In this document: positions 1 to 11,100 of the stretch, in pieces
Position numbering within the stretch: the stretch's first letter is position 1
Layout of the letters: each line of letters begins with the position of its first letter
Assembly (NCBI GenBank): GCA_964016885.1
Contig: OZ024744.1
Span: forward strand, 15,934,001-15,998,000
Direction of reading: 5' to 3'
Length of the DNA stretch: 64,000 nucleotides
From: Eledone cirrhosa
Taxonomy: Eukaryota
Notes under the pieces: generated by a model
Told to the model about the DNA's origin: nothing
The model's database searches: none
The model's input: only the letters and a program-made list of their open reading frames with translations
Program-made: the position numbers and the translations under genes

Positions 1-3000
1 AGGAAGTTGAAGGAGGAGAATATGAAGTAAGTTGAAGAAGGAGAATCTGAAGGAAGTTGGAGAAGGAGAGTATGAAGGAAGTTGAAGAAGGAGAATCTGA
101 AGGAAGTTGGAGAAGGAGAATATGAAGGAAGTTGGAGGAGAGTATGAAGGAAGTTGGAGAAGGAGAATATGAAGGAAGTTGAAGGAGGGGAATATAAACG
201 AATTTGGAGAAGGAGAATATGAACGAAGTTGGAGAAGGAGAGTATGAAGGAAGTTGAAGGAGGAGAATATGAAGGAAGTTGAAGAAGGAGAATCAGAAGG
301 AAGTTGGAGAAGGAGAGTATGAGGAAGTTGGAGGAGGAGAATCTGAAGGAAGTTGGAGAAGGAGAGTATGAAGGAAGTTGAAGGAGAAGAATATGAAGGA
401 AGTTGAAGAAGGAGAATCTGAAGGAAGTTGGAGAAGGAGAGTATGAAGGAAGTTGAAGAAGGAGAATCTGAAGGAAGTTGGAGGAGAGTATGAAGGAAGT
501 TGGAGAAGGAGAGTATGAAGGAAGTTGAAGGAGGAGAATATGAAGGAAGTTGAAGAAGGAGAAACAGAAGGAAGTTGGAGAAGGAGAGTATGAAGGATGT
601 TGAAAAAGGAGAATTTGAAAGAAATTGGAGAAGGAGAGTATGAAGGAAGTTGGAGAAGGAGAATATGAAGGAAGTTGGAGGAGAGTATGAAGGAAGTTGG
701 AGAAGGAGAGTATGAAGGAAGTTGAAGGAGGAGAATATGAAGGAAGTTGAAGAAGGAGAATCAGAAGGAAGTTGGAGAAGGAGAGTATGAAGGATGTTGA
801 AAAAGGAGAATTTGAAAGAAGTTGGAGAAGGAGAGTATGAAGGAAGTTGGAGAAGGAGAATATGAAGGAAGTTGGACAAGGAGAGTATGAAGGAAGTTGG
901 AGAAGGAGAACATGAAGAAAGTTGAAGGAGGAGAATATGAAGGAAGATGGAGGAGGAGAGTATGAAGGAAGTTGGAGAAGGAGAGTATGAAGGAAGTTGG
1001 AGAAGGAGAATCTGAAGGAAGTTTGAGAAGGAGAGTATGAAGGAAGTTGAAGGAGAAGAATATGAAGGAAGTTGAAGAAGGAGAAACAGAAGGAAGTTGG
1101 AGAAGGAGAGTATGAAGGATGTTGAAAAAGGAGAATTTGAAAGAAGTTGGAGAAGGAGAGTATGAAGGAAGTTGGAGAAGGAGAATATGAAGGAAGTTGG
1201 AGGACAGTATGAAGGAAGTTTGAGAAGGAGAGTATGAAGGAAGTTGAAGGAGGAGAATATGAAGGAAGTTGAAGAAGGAGAAACAGAAGGAAGTTGGAGA
1301 AGGAGAGTATGAAGGATGTTGAAAAAGGAGAATTTGAAAGAAGTTGGAGAAGGAGAGTATGAAGGAAGTTTGAGAAGGAGAGTATGAAGGAAGTTGAAGT
1401 AAGAGAATCTGAAGGAAGTTGGACAAGGAGAGTATGAAGGAAGTTGGAGAAGGAGAACATGAAGAAAGTTGAAGGAGGAGAATATAAACGAATTTGGAGG
1501 AGACTATGAAGGAAGTTGGAGAATGAAAATCTGAAGGAAGTTGGAGAAGGAGAGTATGAAGGAAGTTTGAGAAGGAGAGTATGAAGGAAGTTGGAGAAGG
1601 AGAATCTGAAGGAAGTTTGAGAAGGAGAGTATGAAGGAAGTTGAAGGAGAAGAATATGAAGGAAGTTGAAGTAAGAGAATCTGAAGGAAGTTGGAGAAGG
1701 AGAATATGAAGGAAGTTGAAGGAGGAGAATATGAAGGAAGTTGGAGAAGGAGAATCAGAAGGAAGTTGGAGAAGCACAGAATGAAGGAAGTTGAAGAAGG
1801 AGAATCTGAAAGAATTTGGAGAAGGAGAGTATGAAGGAAGTTGAAGAAGGAGAATCTGAAAGAAGTTGGAGAAGGAGAGTATGAAGGAAGTTGAAGGAGA
1901 AGAATATGAAGGAAGTTGAAGAAGGAGAATCTGAAGGAAGTTGGAGAAGGAGAGTATGAAGGAAGTTGGAGAAGGAGAGTATGAAGGAAGTTGGAGAAGG
2001 AGAGTATGAAGGAAGTTGAAGGAGGAGAATATGAAGTAAGTTGAAGAAGGAGAATCTGAAGGAAGTTGGAGGAGAGTATGAAGGAAGTTGGAGAAGGAGA
2101 ATATGAAGGAAGTTGAAGGAGGAGAATATAAACGAATTTGGAGGAGACTATGAAGGAAGTTGGAGAATGAAAATCTGAAGGAAGTTGGAGAAGGAGAGTA
2201 TGAAGGAAGTTTGAGAAGGAGAAACTGAAGGAAGTTGGAGAAGGAGAGTACGAAGGAAGATGAAGGAGAAGAATATGAAGGAAGTTGAAGAAGGAGCATC
2301 TGAAGGAAGTTGGAGAAGGAGAGTATGAAGGAAGTTAGAGAAGGAGAATATGAAGGAAATTGAAGGAGGAGAATATGGACGAAGTTGGAGAAGGAGAATA
2401 TGAAGGAAGTTGAAGGAGGAGAATATTAAGGAAGTTGAAGAAGGAGAATCAGAAGGAAGTTGGAGAAGGAGAGTATGAAGGAAGTTGAAGAAGGAGAATC
2501 TGAAGGAAGTTGGAGGAGAGTAAGAAGGAAGTTGGAGAAGGAGAGTATGAAGGAAGTTGAAGGAGGAGAATATGAACGAAGTTGGAGAAGGAGAATATGA
2601 AGGAAGTTGAAGTAGGAGAATATGAAGGAAGTTGAAGAAGGAAATCAGAAGGAAGTTGGAGAAGGAGAGTATGAAGGAAGTTGAAACAGGAGAATCTGAA
2701 AGAAGTTGGAGAAGTAGAGTATGAAGGAAGTTGGAGAAGGAGAATATGAAGGATGTTGAAGGAGGAGAATATGAAGGAAGTTGGAGAAGGAGAGTATGAA
2801 GGAAGTTGGAGAAGGAGAATATGAAGAAAGTTGGAGAAGGAGAGTATGAAGGAAGTTGAAGGAGAAGAATATGTAGGAAGTTGAAGAAGGAGAATCTGAA
2901 GGAAGTTGGAGAAGGAGAGTATGAAGGTATTTGGAGAAGCAGAGTATGAAGGAAGTTGGAGAAGGAGAGTATGAAGGAAGTTGAAGGAGGAGAATATGAA

Positions 3001-5060
3001 GTAAGTTGAGGAAGGAGAATCTGAAGGAAGTTGGAGGAGAGTATGAAGGAAGTTGGAGAAGGAGAATATGAAGGAAGTTGAAGGAGGAGAATATAAACGA
3101 ATTTGGAGAAGGAGAGTATGAAGGAAGTTGGAGAATGAGAATCTGAAGGAAGTTGGAGAAGGAGAGTATGAAGGAAGTTTGAGAAGGAGAATCTGAAGGA
3201 TGTTGGAGAAGGAGAGTACGAAGGATTTGAAGGAGAAGAATATGAAGGAAGTTGAAGAAGGAGAATCTGAAGGAAGTTGGAGAAGGAGAGTATGAAGGAA
3301 GTTGGAGAAGGAGAATATGAAGGAAATTGAAGGAGGAGAATATGAACGAAGTTGGAGAAGGAGAATATGAAGGAAGTTGAAGAAGGAGAATGTGAAGGAA
3401 GTTGGAGGAGAGTATGAAGGAAGTTGGAGAAGGAGAGTATGATGGAAGTTGAAGGAGGAGAATATGAACGAAGTTGGAGAAGGAGAATATGAAGGAAGTT
3501 GAAGAAGGGGAATCAGAAGGAAGTTGCAGAAGGAGAGTATGAAGGAAGTTGGAGAAGGAGAATATGAAGGAAGTTGAAGGAGGAGAATATGAAGGAATTT
3601 GGAGAAGGAGAGTATGAAGGAAGTTGGAGAAGGAGAATATGAAGGAAGTTGGAGAAGTAGAGTATGAAGGAAGTTGGAGAAGGAGAATATGAAGAAAGTT
3701 GAAGGAGGAGAGTATGAAGGAAGTTGGAGAAGGAGAGTATGAAGGAAGTTGAAAAAGGAGAATCTGAAGGAAGTTGAAGAAAGAGAATACGAAGGAAATG
3801 GAGGAGGAGAATATGAAGGAAGTTGAAGGAGGAGAATATGAAGGAAGTTGGAGAAGGAGAATCAGAAGGAAGTTGGAGAAGCACAGAATGAAGGAAGTTG
3901 AAGAAGGAGAATCTGAAAGAAGTTGGAGAAGGAGAGTATGAAGGAAGTTGAAGAAGGAGAATCTGAAGGAAGTTGGAGAAGGAGAGTATGAAGGAAGTTG
4001 GAGAAGGAGAGTATGAAGGAAGTTGGAGAAGGAGAGTATGAAGGAAGTTGAAGGAGGAGAATATGAAGTAAGTTGAAGATGGAGAATCTGAAGGAAGTTG
4101 GAGGAGAATATGAAGGATGTTGGAGAAGGAGAATATGAAGGAAGTTGAAGAAGGAGAATATAAACGAATTTGGAGAAGGAGAGTATGAAGGAAGTTGGAG
4201 AATGAGAATCTGAAGGAAGTTGGAGAAGGAGAGTATGAAGGAAGTTTGAGAAGGAGAATCTGAAGTAAGTTGGAGAAGGAGAGTACGAAGAAAGTTGAAG
4301 GAGAAGAATATGAAGGAAGTTGAAGAAGGAGAATCTGAAGGAAGTTGGAGAAGGAGAATATAAAGGAAATTGAAGGAGGAGAATGTGGACGAAGTTGGAG
4401 AAGGAGAATATGAAGGAAGTTGAAGGAGGAGAATATTAAGGAAGTTGAAGAAGGAGAATCAGAAGGAAGTTGGAGAAGGAGAATATGAAGGAAGTTGAAG
4501 GAGGAGAATATAAACGAATTTGGAGAAGGAGAGTATGAAGGAAGTTGGAGAATGAGAATCTGAAGGAAGTTGGAGAAGGAGAGTATAAAGGAAGTTTGAG
4601 AAGGAGAATCTGAAGGATGTTGTAGAAGGAGAGTACGAAGGAAGTTGAAGGAGAAGAATATGAAGGAAGTTGAAGTAGGAGAATCTGAAGGAAGTCGGAG
4701 AAGGAGAGTATGAAGGAAGTTGGAGAAGGAGAATATGAAGGAAATTGAAGGAGGAGAATATGAACGAAGTTGGAGAAGGAGAATATGAAGGAAGTTGAAG
4801 AAGGAGAATCTGAAGGAAGTTGGAGGAGAGTATGAAGGAAGTTGGAGAAGGATAGTATGAAGGAAGTTGAAGGAGGAGAATATGAACGAAGTTGGAGAAG
4901 GAGAATATGAAGGAAGTTGAAGAAGGAGAATCAGAAGGAAGTTGGAGAAGGAGAGTATGAAGGAAGTTGGAGAAGGAGAATATGAAGGAAGTTGGAGAAG
5001 GAGAGTATGAAGGAAGTTGGAGAAGGAGAATATGAAGAAAGTTGGAGAAGGAGAGTATGA
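1..5060 (+). repeat. Copy 1 of a long-range duplicated block (matches about 30899-36010)
   Basis: ORFs 761..2299 and 31659..33197 are both 512 aa, nearly identical and offset by 30,898. Base 1 aligns with 30899. The offset grows to 30,949 (3884 vs 34833) after a 1-bp and a 50-bp indel. Confidence 0.88.
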
Positions 5061-5107
5061 AGGACGTTGAAGAAGTAGAATCTGAAGGAAGTTGGAGAAA
5101 GAGAGTA

Positions 5108-8100
5108 TGAAGGAAGTTGAAGAAGGAGAATCTGAAAGAAGTTGGAGAAGGAGAGTAGTTAGGAAGTTGGAGAAGGAGAATCTGAAGGAAGTTGGAGAAG
5201 GAGAGTATGAAGGAAGTTGAAGGAGAAGTATATGAAGGAAGTTGAAGAAGTAGAATCTGAAGGAAGTTGGAGAAAGAGAGTATGAAGGAAGTTGAAGAGG
5301 GAGAATCTGAAGGAAGTTGAAAAAGGAGAGTATGAAGGAAGTTGGAGAAGGAGAATATGAAGGAAGTTGGAGAAGGAGAGTATGAAGGAAGTTGAAGGAG
5401 AAGAATATGAAGGAAGTTGAAGGAGAATCTGAAGGAAGTTGGAGAAGGAGAGTATGAAGGAAGTTGAAGAAGGAGAATCTGAAGGAAGTTGGAGATGGAG
5501 AGCATGAAGGAAGTTAGAGAAGGAGAATATGAAGGAAATTGAAGGAAGAGTATATGAACGAAGTTGGAGAAGGAGAATATGAAGGAAGTTGAAGGAGGAG
5601 AATATGAAGGAAGTTGAAGAAGGAGAATCAGAAGGAAGTTGGAGAAGGAGAGTATGAAGGAAGTTGAAGAAGGAGAATCTGAAAGAAGTTGGAGAAGGAG
5701 AGTATGAAGGAAGTTGGAGATGGAGAATCTGAAGGAAGTTGGAGAAAGAGAGTATGAAGGAATTTGAAGGAGAAGAATATGAAGGAATTTGAAGAAGGAG
5801 AATCTGAAGGAAGTTGGAGAAGGAGAGCATGAATGAAGTTGAAGAAGGAGAATCTGAAGGAAGTTGGAGGAGAGTATGAAGGAAGTTGGAGAAAGAGACT
5901 ATGAAGGAAGTTGAAGGAGGAGTATATGAACGAAGTTGGAGATGGAGAATATGAAGAAAGTTGAAGTAGGAGAATATGAAGTAAGTTGAAGAAGGAGAAT
6001 CAGAAGGAAGTTGGAGAAGGAGAATATGAAGGAAGTTGAAGGAGCAGAATATGAAGGAAGTTGGAGAAGGAGAGTATGGAGGAAGTTGGAGAAGGAGAAT
6101 ATGAAGGAATTTGGAGAAGGAGAGTATGAAGGAAGTTGGAGAAGGAGAATATGAAGAAAGTTGAAGGAGGAGAATATGAAGGAAGTTGGAGGAGGAGAGT
6201 ATGAAGGAAGTTGGAGAAGGAGAGTATGAAGGAGGTTGGAGAAGGAGAATATGAAGGAAGTTGGAGAAGGAGAGTATGAAGGAGCTTGGAATTGTAGAGT
6301 ATGAAGGAAGTAGGAGAAGGATAATATGAAGGAAGTTGGAGAAGCAGAGTATGAAGGATGTTGGAGAAGGAGAGTATGAAGGAAGTTGGAGAAGGAGAGT
6401 ATGAAGGAAGTTTGAGAAGGAGAATATGAAGGAAGTTGGAGGAGGAGAGCATGAAGGAAGTTGGAGAAGGAGAATCTGACGGACGTTGGAGAAGGAGAGT
6501 AGGAAAGAAGTTGGAGAAGGATAATATGAAGGAAGTTGGTTAAGGAGAATATGAAGGAAGTTGAAGGAGGAGAATATTAAAGAAGTTGGAAAAGGAGAGT
6601 ATGAAGGAAGTTGGAGAAAGAGAATCTGAAGGAAGTTGGAGAAGGAGAGTATGAAGGAAGTTGGAGAAGGAGACTATGAAGGAAGTTGGAGAAGGAAAGT
6701 ATGAAGGAAGTTGGAGAAGGAGAGTATGAAGGAAGTTGGAGAAGGAGATTATGAAGGAAGTTGGAGAAGGCGAGTATGAAGGAAGTTGGAGAAGGAGCGT
6801 ATGATGGAAGTTGGAGAAGGAGATTATGAAGGAAGTTGAATAAGGAGAATATGAAGGAAGTTGGAGAAGGAGAGTATGAAGGAAGTTGGAGAAGGAGAGT
6901 ATGAAGGGGGCTGGAGGAGGAGAATATGAAGGAAGTTGGAGAAGGAGAGTATGAAGGAAGTTGGAGAAGTAGAATATGAAGGAAGTTGGGGAAGATGGTA
7001 TAAAGGAAGTTGGAGAAGGAGAGTCTGAAGGAAGTTGGAGATGGAGAGTATGAAGGAAGTTGAAGAAGGAGAGTATGAAGGAAGTTGGAGAAGTAGAGTA
7101 TGAAGGAAGTTGGAGATGGAGAGTATGAAGGAAGTTGAATAAGGAGAATATCAAGGAAGTTGAAGAAGGAGAATATGAAGGAAGTTGGAGAAGGAGAGTA
7201 TGAAGGAAGTTGAAGGAAGAAAATATGAAGGAAGTTGGAGAAGGAGAGTATGAAGGAAGTTGGAGGAGACAATGAAGGAAGTTGGAGAAGGAAAGTATGA
7301 AGGAAGTTGGAAAAGGAGAGTATGAAGGAAGTTGGAGAAGGAGATTATGAAGGAAGTTGAAGAAGGAGAATATGAAGGAAGTTGCAGAAGGATAATATGA
7401 AGGAAGTTGGAGAAGGAGAGTATGAAGGAAGTTGGAGAAGGCGAGTATGAAGGAAATTGGAGAAGAGTATGAAGGAGGTTGGAGGAGGAGAGTATGAAGG
7501 AAGTTGGAGAAGGAGAATATGAAGGAAATTGGAGAAGGAGCGTATGAAGGAAGTTGGAGAAAAAGAATATGAAGGAAGTTGTGGAAGAAGGTATGAAGGA
7601 AGTTGGAGAAGGAGAGTATGAAGAAAGTTGGAGAAGGAGAGTATGAAGGAAGTTGAAGAAAGATAATATGAAGGAAGTTGGAGGAGGAGAATATGAAGGA
7701 AGTTGGAGAAGGAGAATATGAAGGAAGTTGGAGAAGGAAAATATGAAGGATGTTGGAGAAGGATAATATGAAAGAAGTTGGAGAAGGAGAGTATGAAGGA
7801 AGTTGTAGAAGGAGCGTATGAAGGAAGTTGGAGAAGGAGATTATGAAGGAAGTTGGAGAAGGAGAGTATGAAGGAAGTTGGAGAAGGAGAGTATGAAGGA
7901 AGTTGAAGAAGGAGAATAAGAAGGAATTTGGAGAAGGAGAGTATGAAGGAAGTTGAAAGAGGAGAATATGAAGGAAGTTGAAGAAGGAGAATCTGAAGGA
8001 AGTTGGAGAAGGAGAGTATGAAGGAAGTTGAAGAAGGAGAATCTGAAAGAAGTTGGAGAAGGAGAGTATGAAGGAAGTTGGAGAAGGAGAATATGAAGGA

Positions 8101-11100
8101 AGTTGGAGAAGGATAGTATGAAGGAAGTTGAAGGAGAAGAATATGAAGGAAGTTGGAGAAGGAGAATATGAAGGAAGTTGGCGAAGAAGGTATGAAGGAA
8201 GTTGGAGAAGGAGAGTATGAAGAAAGTTGAATAAGGAGAATATGAAGGAAGTTGGAGAAGGAGAGTATGAAGGAAGTTGGAGAAGGAGAATATGAAGGAA
8301 GTTGGGGAAGAAGGTATGAAGGAAGTTGGAGAAGGAGAGTATGAAGGAAGTTGGGGAAGAAGGTATGAAGGAAGTTGGAGAAGGAGAGTATGAAGGAAGT
8401 TGGAGAAGGAGAGTATGAAGGAAGTTGGAGAAGGAGAGTATGAAGGAAGTTGAAGAAGGAGAATATGAAGGAAGTTGGAGAAGAAGAGTATGAAGGAAGT
8501 TGAAGGAGGAGAACATGAAGGAAGTTGAAGAAGGAGAATCTGAAGGAAGTTGGAGAAGGAGAGTATGAAGGAAGTTGAAGGAGGAGAATATGAAGGAAGT
8601 TGAAAGAGGAGAATATGAACGAATTTGGAGAAGGAGAGTATGAAGGAAGTTGGAGAATGAGAATCTGAAGGAAGTTGGAGAAGGAGAGTATGAAGGAAGT
8701 TGGAGAAGGAGAATCTGAAGGAAGTTGGAGAAGGAGAGTATGAAGGAAGTTGAAGAAGGAGAATCTGAAGGAAGTTGGAGAAGGAGAGTATGAAGGAAGT
8801 TGGGGGAGGAGAATATGAAGGAAGTTGAAGGAGGAGAATATGAACGAAGTTGAAGAAGGAGAATATGAAGGAAGTTGAAGGGGGAGAATATGAAGGAAGT
8901 TGAAGAAGGAGAATCAGAAGGAAGTTGGAGAAGGAGAGAATGAAGGAAGTTGAAGAAGGAGAATCTGAAAGAAGTTGGAGAAGGAGAGTAGTTAGGAAGT
9001 TGGAGAAGGAGAATCTGAAGGAAGTTGGAGAAGGAGAGTATGAAGGAAGTTGAAGGAGAAGTATATGAAGGAAGTTGAAGAAGTAGAATCTGAAGGAAGT
9101 TGGAGAAAGAGAGTATGAAGGAAGTTGAAGAAGGAGAATCTGAAGGAAGTTGAAAAAGGAGAGTATGAAGGAAGTTGGAGAAGGAGAATATGAAGGAAGT
9201 TGGAGAAGGAGAGTATGAAGGAAGTTGAAGGAGAAGAATATGAAGGAAGTTGAAGGAGAATCTGAAGGAAGTTGGAGAAGGAGAGTATGAAGGAAGTTGA
9301 AGAAGGAGAATCTGAAGGAAGTTGGAGATGGAGAGCATGAAGGAAGTTAGAGAAGGAGAATATGAAGGAAATTGAAGGAAGAGTATATGAACGAAGTTGG
9401 AGAAGGAGAATATGAAAGAAGTTGAAGGAGGAGAATATGAAGGAAGTTGAAGAAGGAGAATCAGAAGGAAGTTGGAGAAGGAGAGTATGAAGGAAGTTGA
9501 AGAAGGAGAATCTGAAAGAAGTTGGAGAAGGAGAGTATGAAGGAAGTTGGAGATGGAGAATCTGAAGGAAGTTGGAGAAAGAGAGTATGAAGGAATTTGA
9601 AGGAGAAGAATATGAAGGAAGTTGAAGAAGGAGAATCTGAAGGAAGTTGGACAAGGAGAGCATGAATGAAGTTGAAGAAGGAGAATCTGAAGGAAGTTGG
9701 AGGAGAGTATGAAGGAAGTTGGAGAAAGAGACTATGAAGGAAGTTGAAGGAGGAGTATATGAACGAAGTTGGAGATGGAGAATATGAAGAAAGTTGAAGT
9801 AGGAGAATATGAAGTAAGTTGAAGAAGGAGAATCAGAAGGAAGTTGGAGAAGGAGAATATGAAGGAAGTTGAAGGAGCAGAATATGAAGGAAGTTGGAGA
9901 AGGAGAGTATGGAGGAAGTTGGAGAAGGAGAATATGAAGGAATTTGGAGAAGGAGAGTATGAAGGAAGTTGGAGAAGGAGAATATGAAGAAAGTTGAAGG
10001 AGGAGAATATGAAGGAAGTTGGAGGAGGAGAGTATGAAGGAAGTTGGAGAAGGAGAGTATGAAGGAGGTTGGAGAAGGAGAATATGAAGGAAGTTGGAGA
10101 AGGAGAGTATGAAGGAGCTTGGAATTGTAGAGTATGAAGGAAGTTGGAGAAGGATAATATGAAGGAAGTTGGAGAAGCAGAGTATGAAGGATGTTGGAGA
10201 AGGAGAGTATGAAGGAAGTTGGAGAAGGAGAGTATGAAGGAAGTTTGAGAAGGAGAATATGAAGGAAGTTGGAGGAGGAGAGTATGAAGGAAGTTGGAGA
10301 AGGAGAATCTGACGGACGTTGGAGAAGGAGAGTAGGAAAGAAGTTGGAGAAGGATAATATGAAGGAAGTTGGTTAAGGAGAATATGAAGGAAGTTGAAGG
10401 AGGAGAATATTAAAGAAGTTGGAAAAGGAGAGTATGAAGGAAGTTGGAGAAAGAGAATCTGAAGGAAGTTGGAGAAGGAGAGTATGAAGGAAGTTGGAGA
10501 AGGAGACTATGAAGGAAGTTGGAGAAGGAAAGTATGAAGGAAGTTGGAGAAGGAGAGTATGAAGGAAGTTGGAGAAGGAGATTATGAAGGAAGTTGGAGA
10601 AGGCGAGTATGAAGGAAGTTGGAGAAGGAGCGTATGATGGAAGTTGGAGAAGGAGATTATGAAGGAAGTTGAATAAGGAGAATATGAAGGAAGTTGGAGA
10701 AGGAGAGTATGAAGGAAGTTGGAGAAGGAGAGTATGAAGGGGGCTGGAGGAGGAGAATATGAAGGAAGTTGGAGAAGGAGAGTATGAAGGAAGTTGGAGA
10801 AGTAGAATATGAAGGAAGTTGGGGAAGAAGGTATAAAGGAAGTTGGAGAAGGAGAGTCTGAAGGAAGTTGGAGATGGAGAGTATGAAGGAAGTTGAAGAA
10901 GGAGAGTATGAAGGAAGTTGGAGAAGTAGAGTATGAAGGAAGTTGGAGATGGAGAGTATGAAGGAAGTTGAATAAGGAGAATATCAAGGAAGTTGAAGAA
11001 GGAGAATATGAAGGAAGTTGGAGAAGGAGAGTATGAAGGAAGTTGAAGGAAGAAAATATGAAGGAAGTTGGAGAAGGAGAGTATGAAGGAAGTTGGAGAA

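Noticed and set aside
6901-6920. G-quadruplex potential at G-run variants (GAAGGGGGCTGGAGG, GTTGGGGGAGG)
   Set aside because: Runs of three or more G are isolated, not four in close succession. The consensus has only GG doublets, so stable canonical G4 is not supported.
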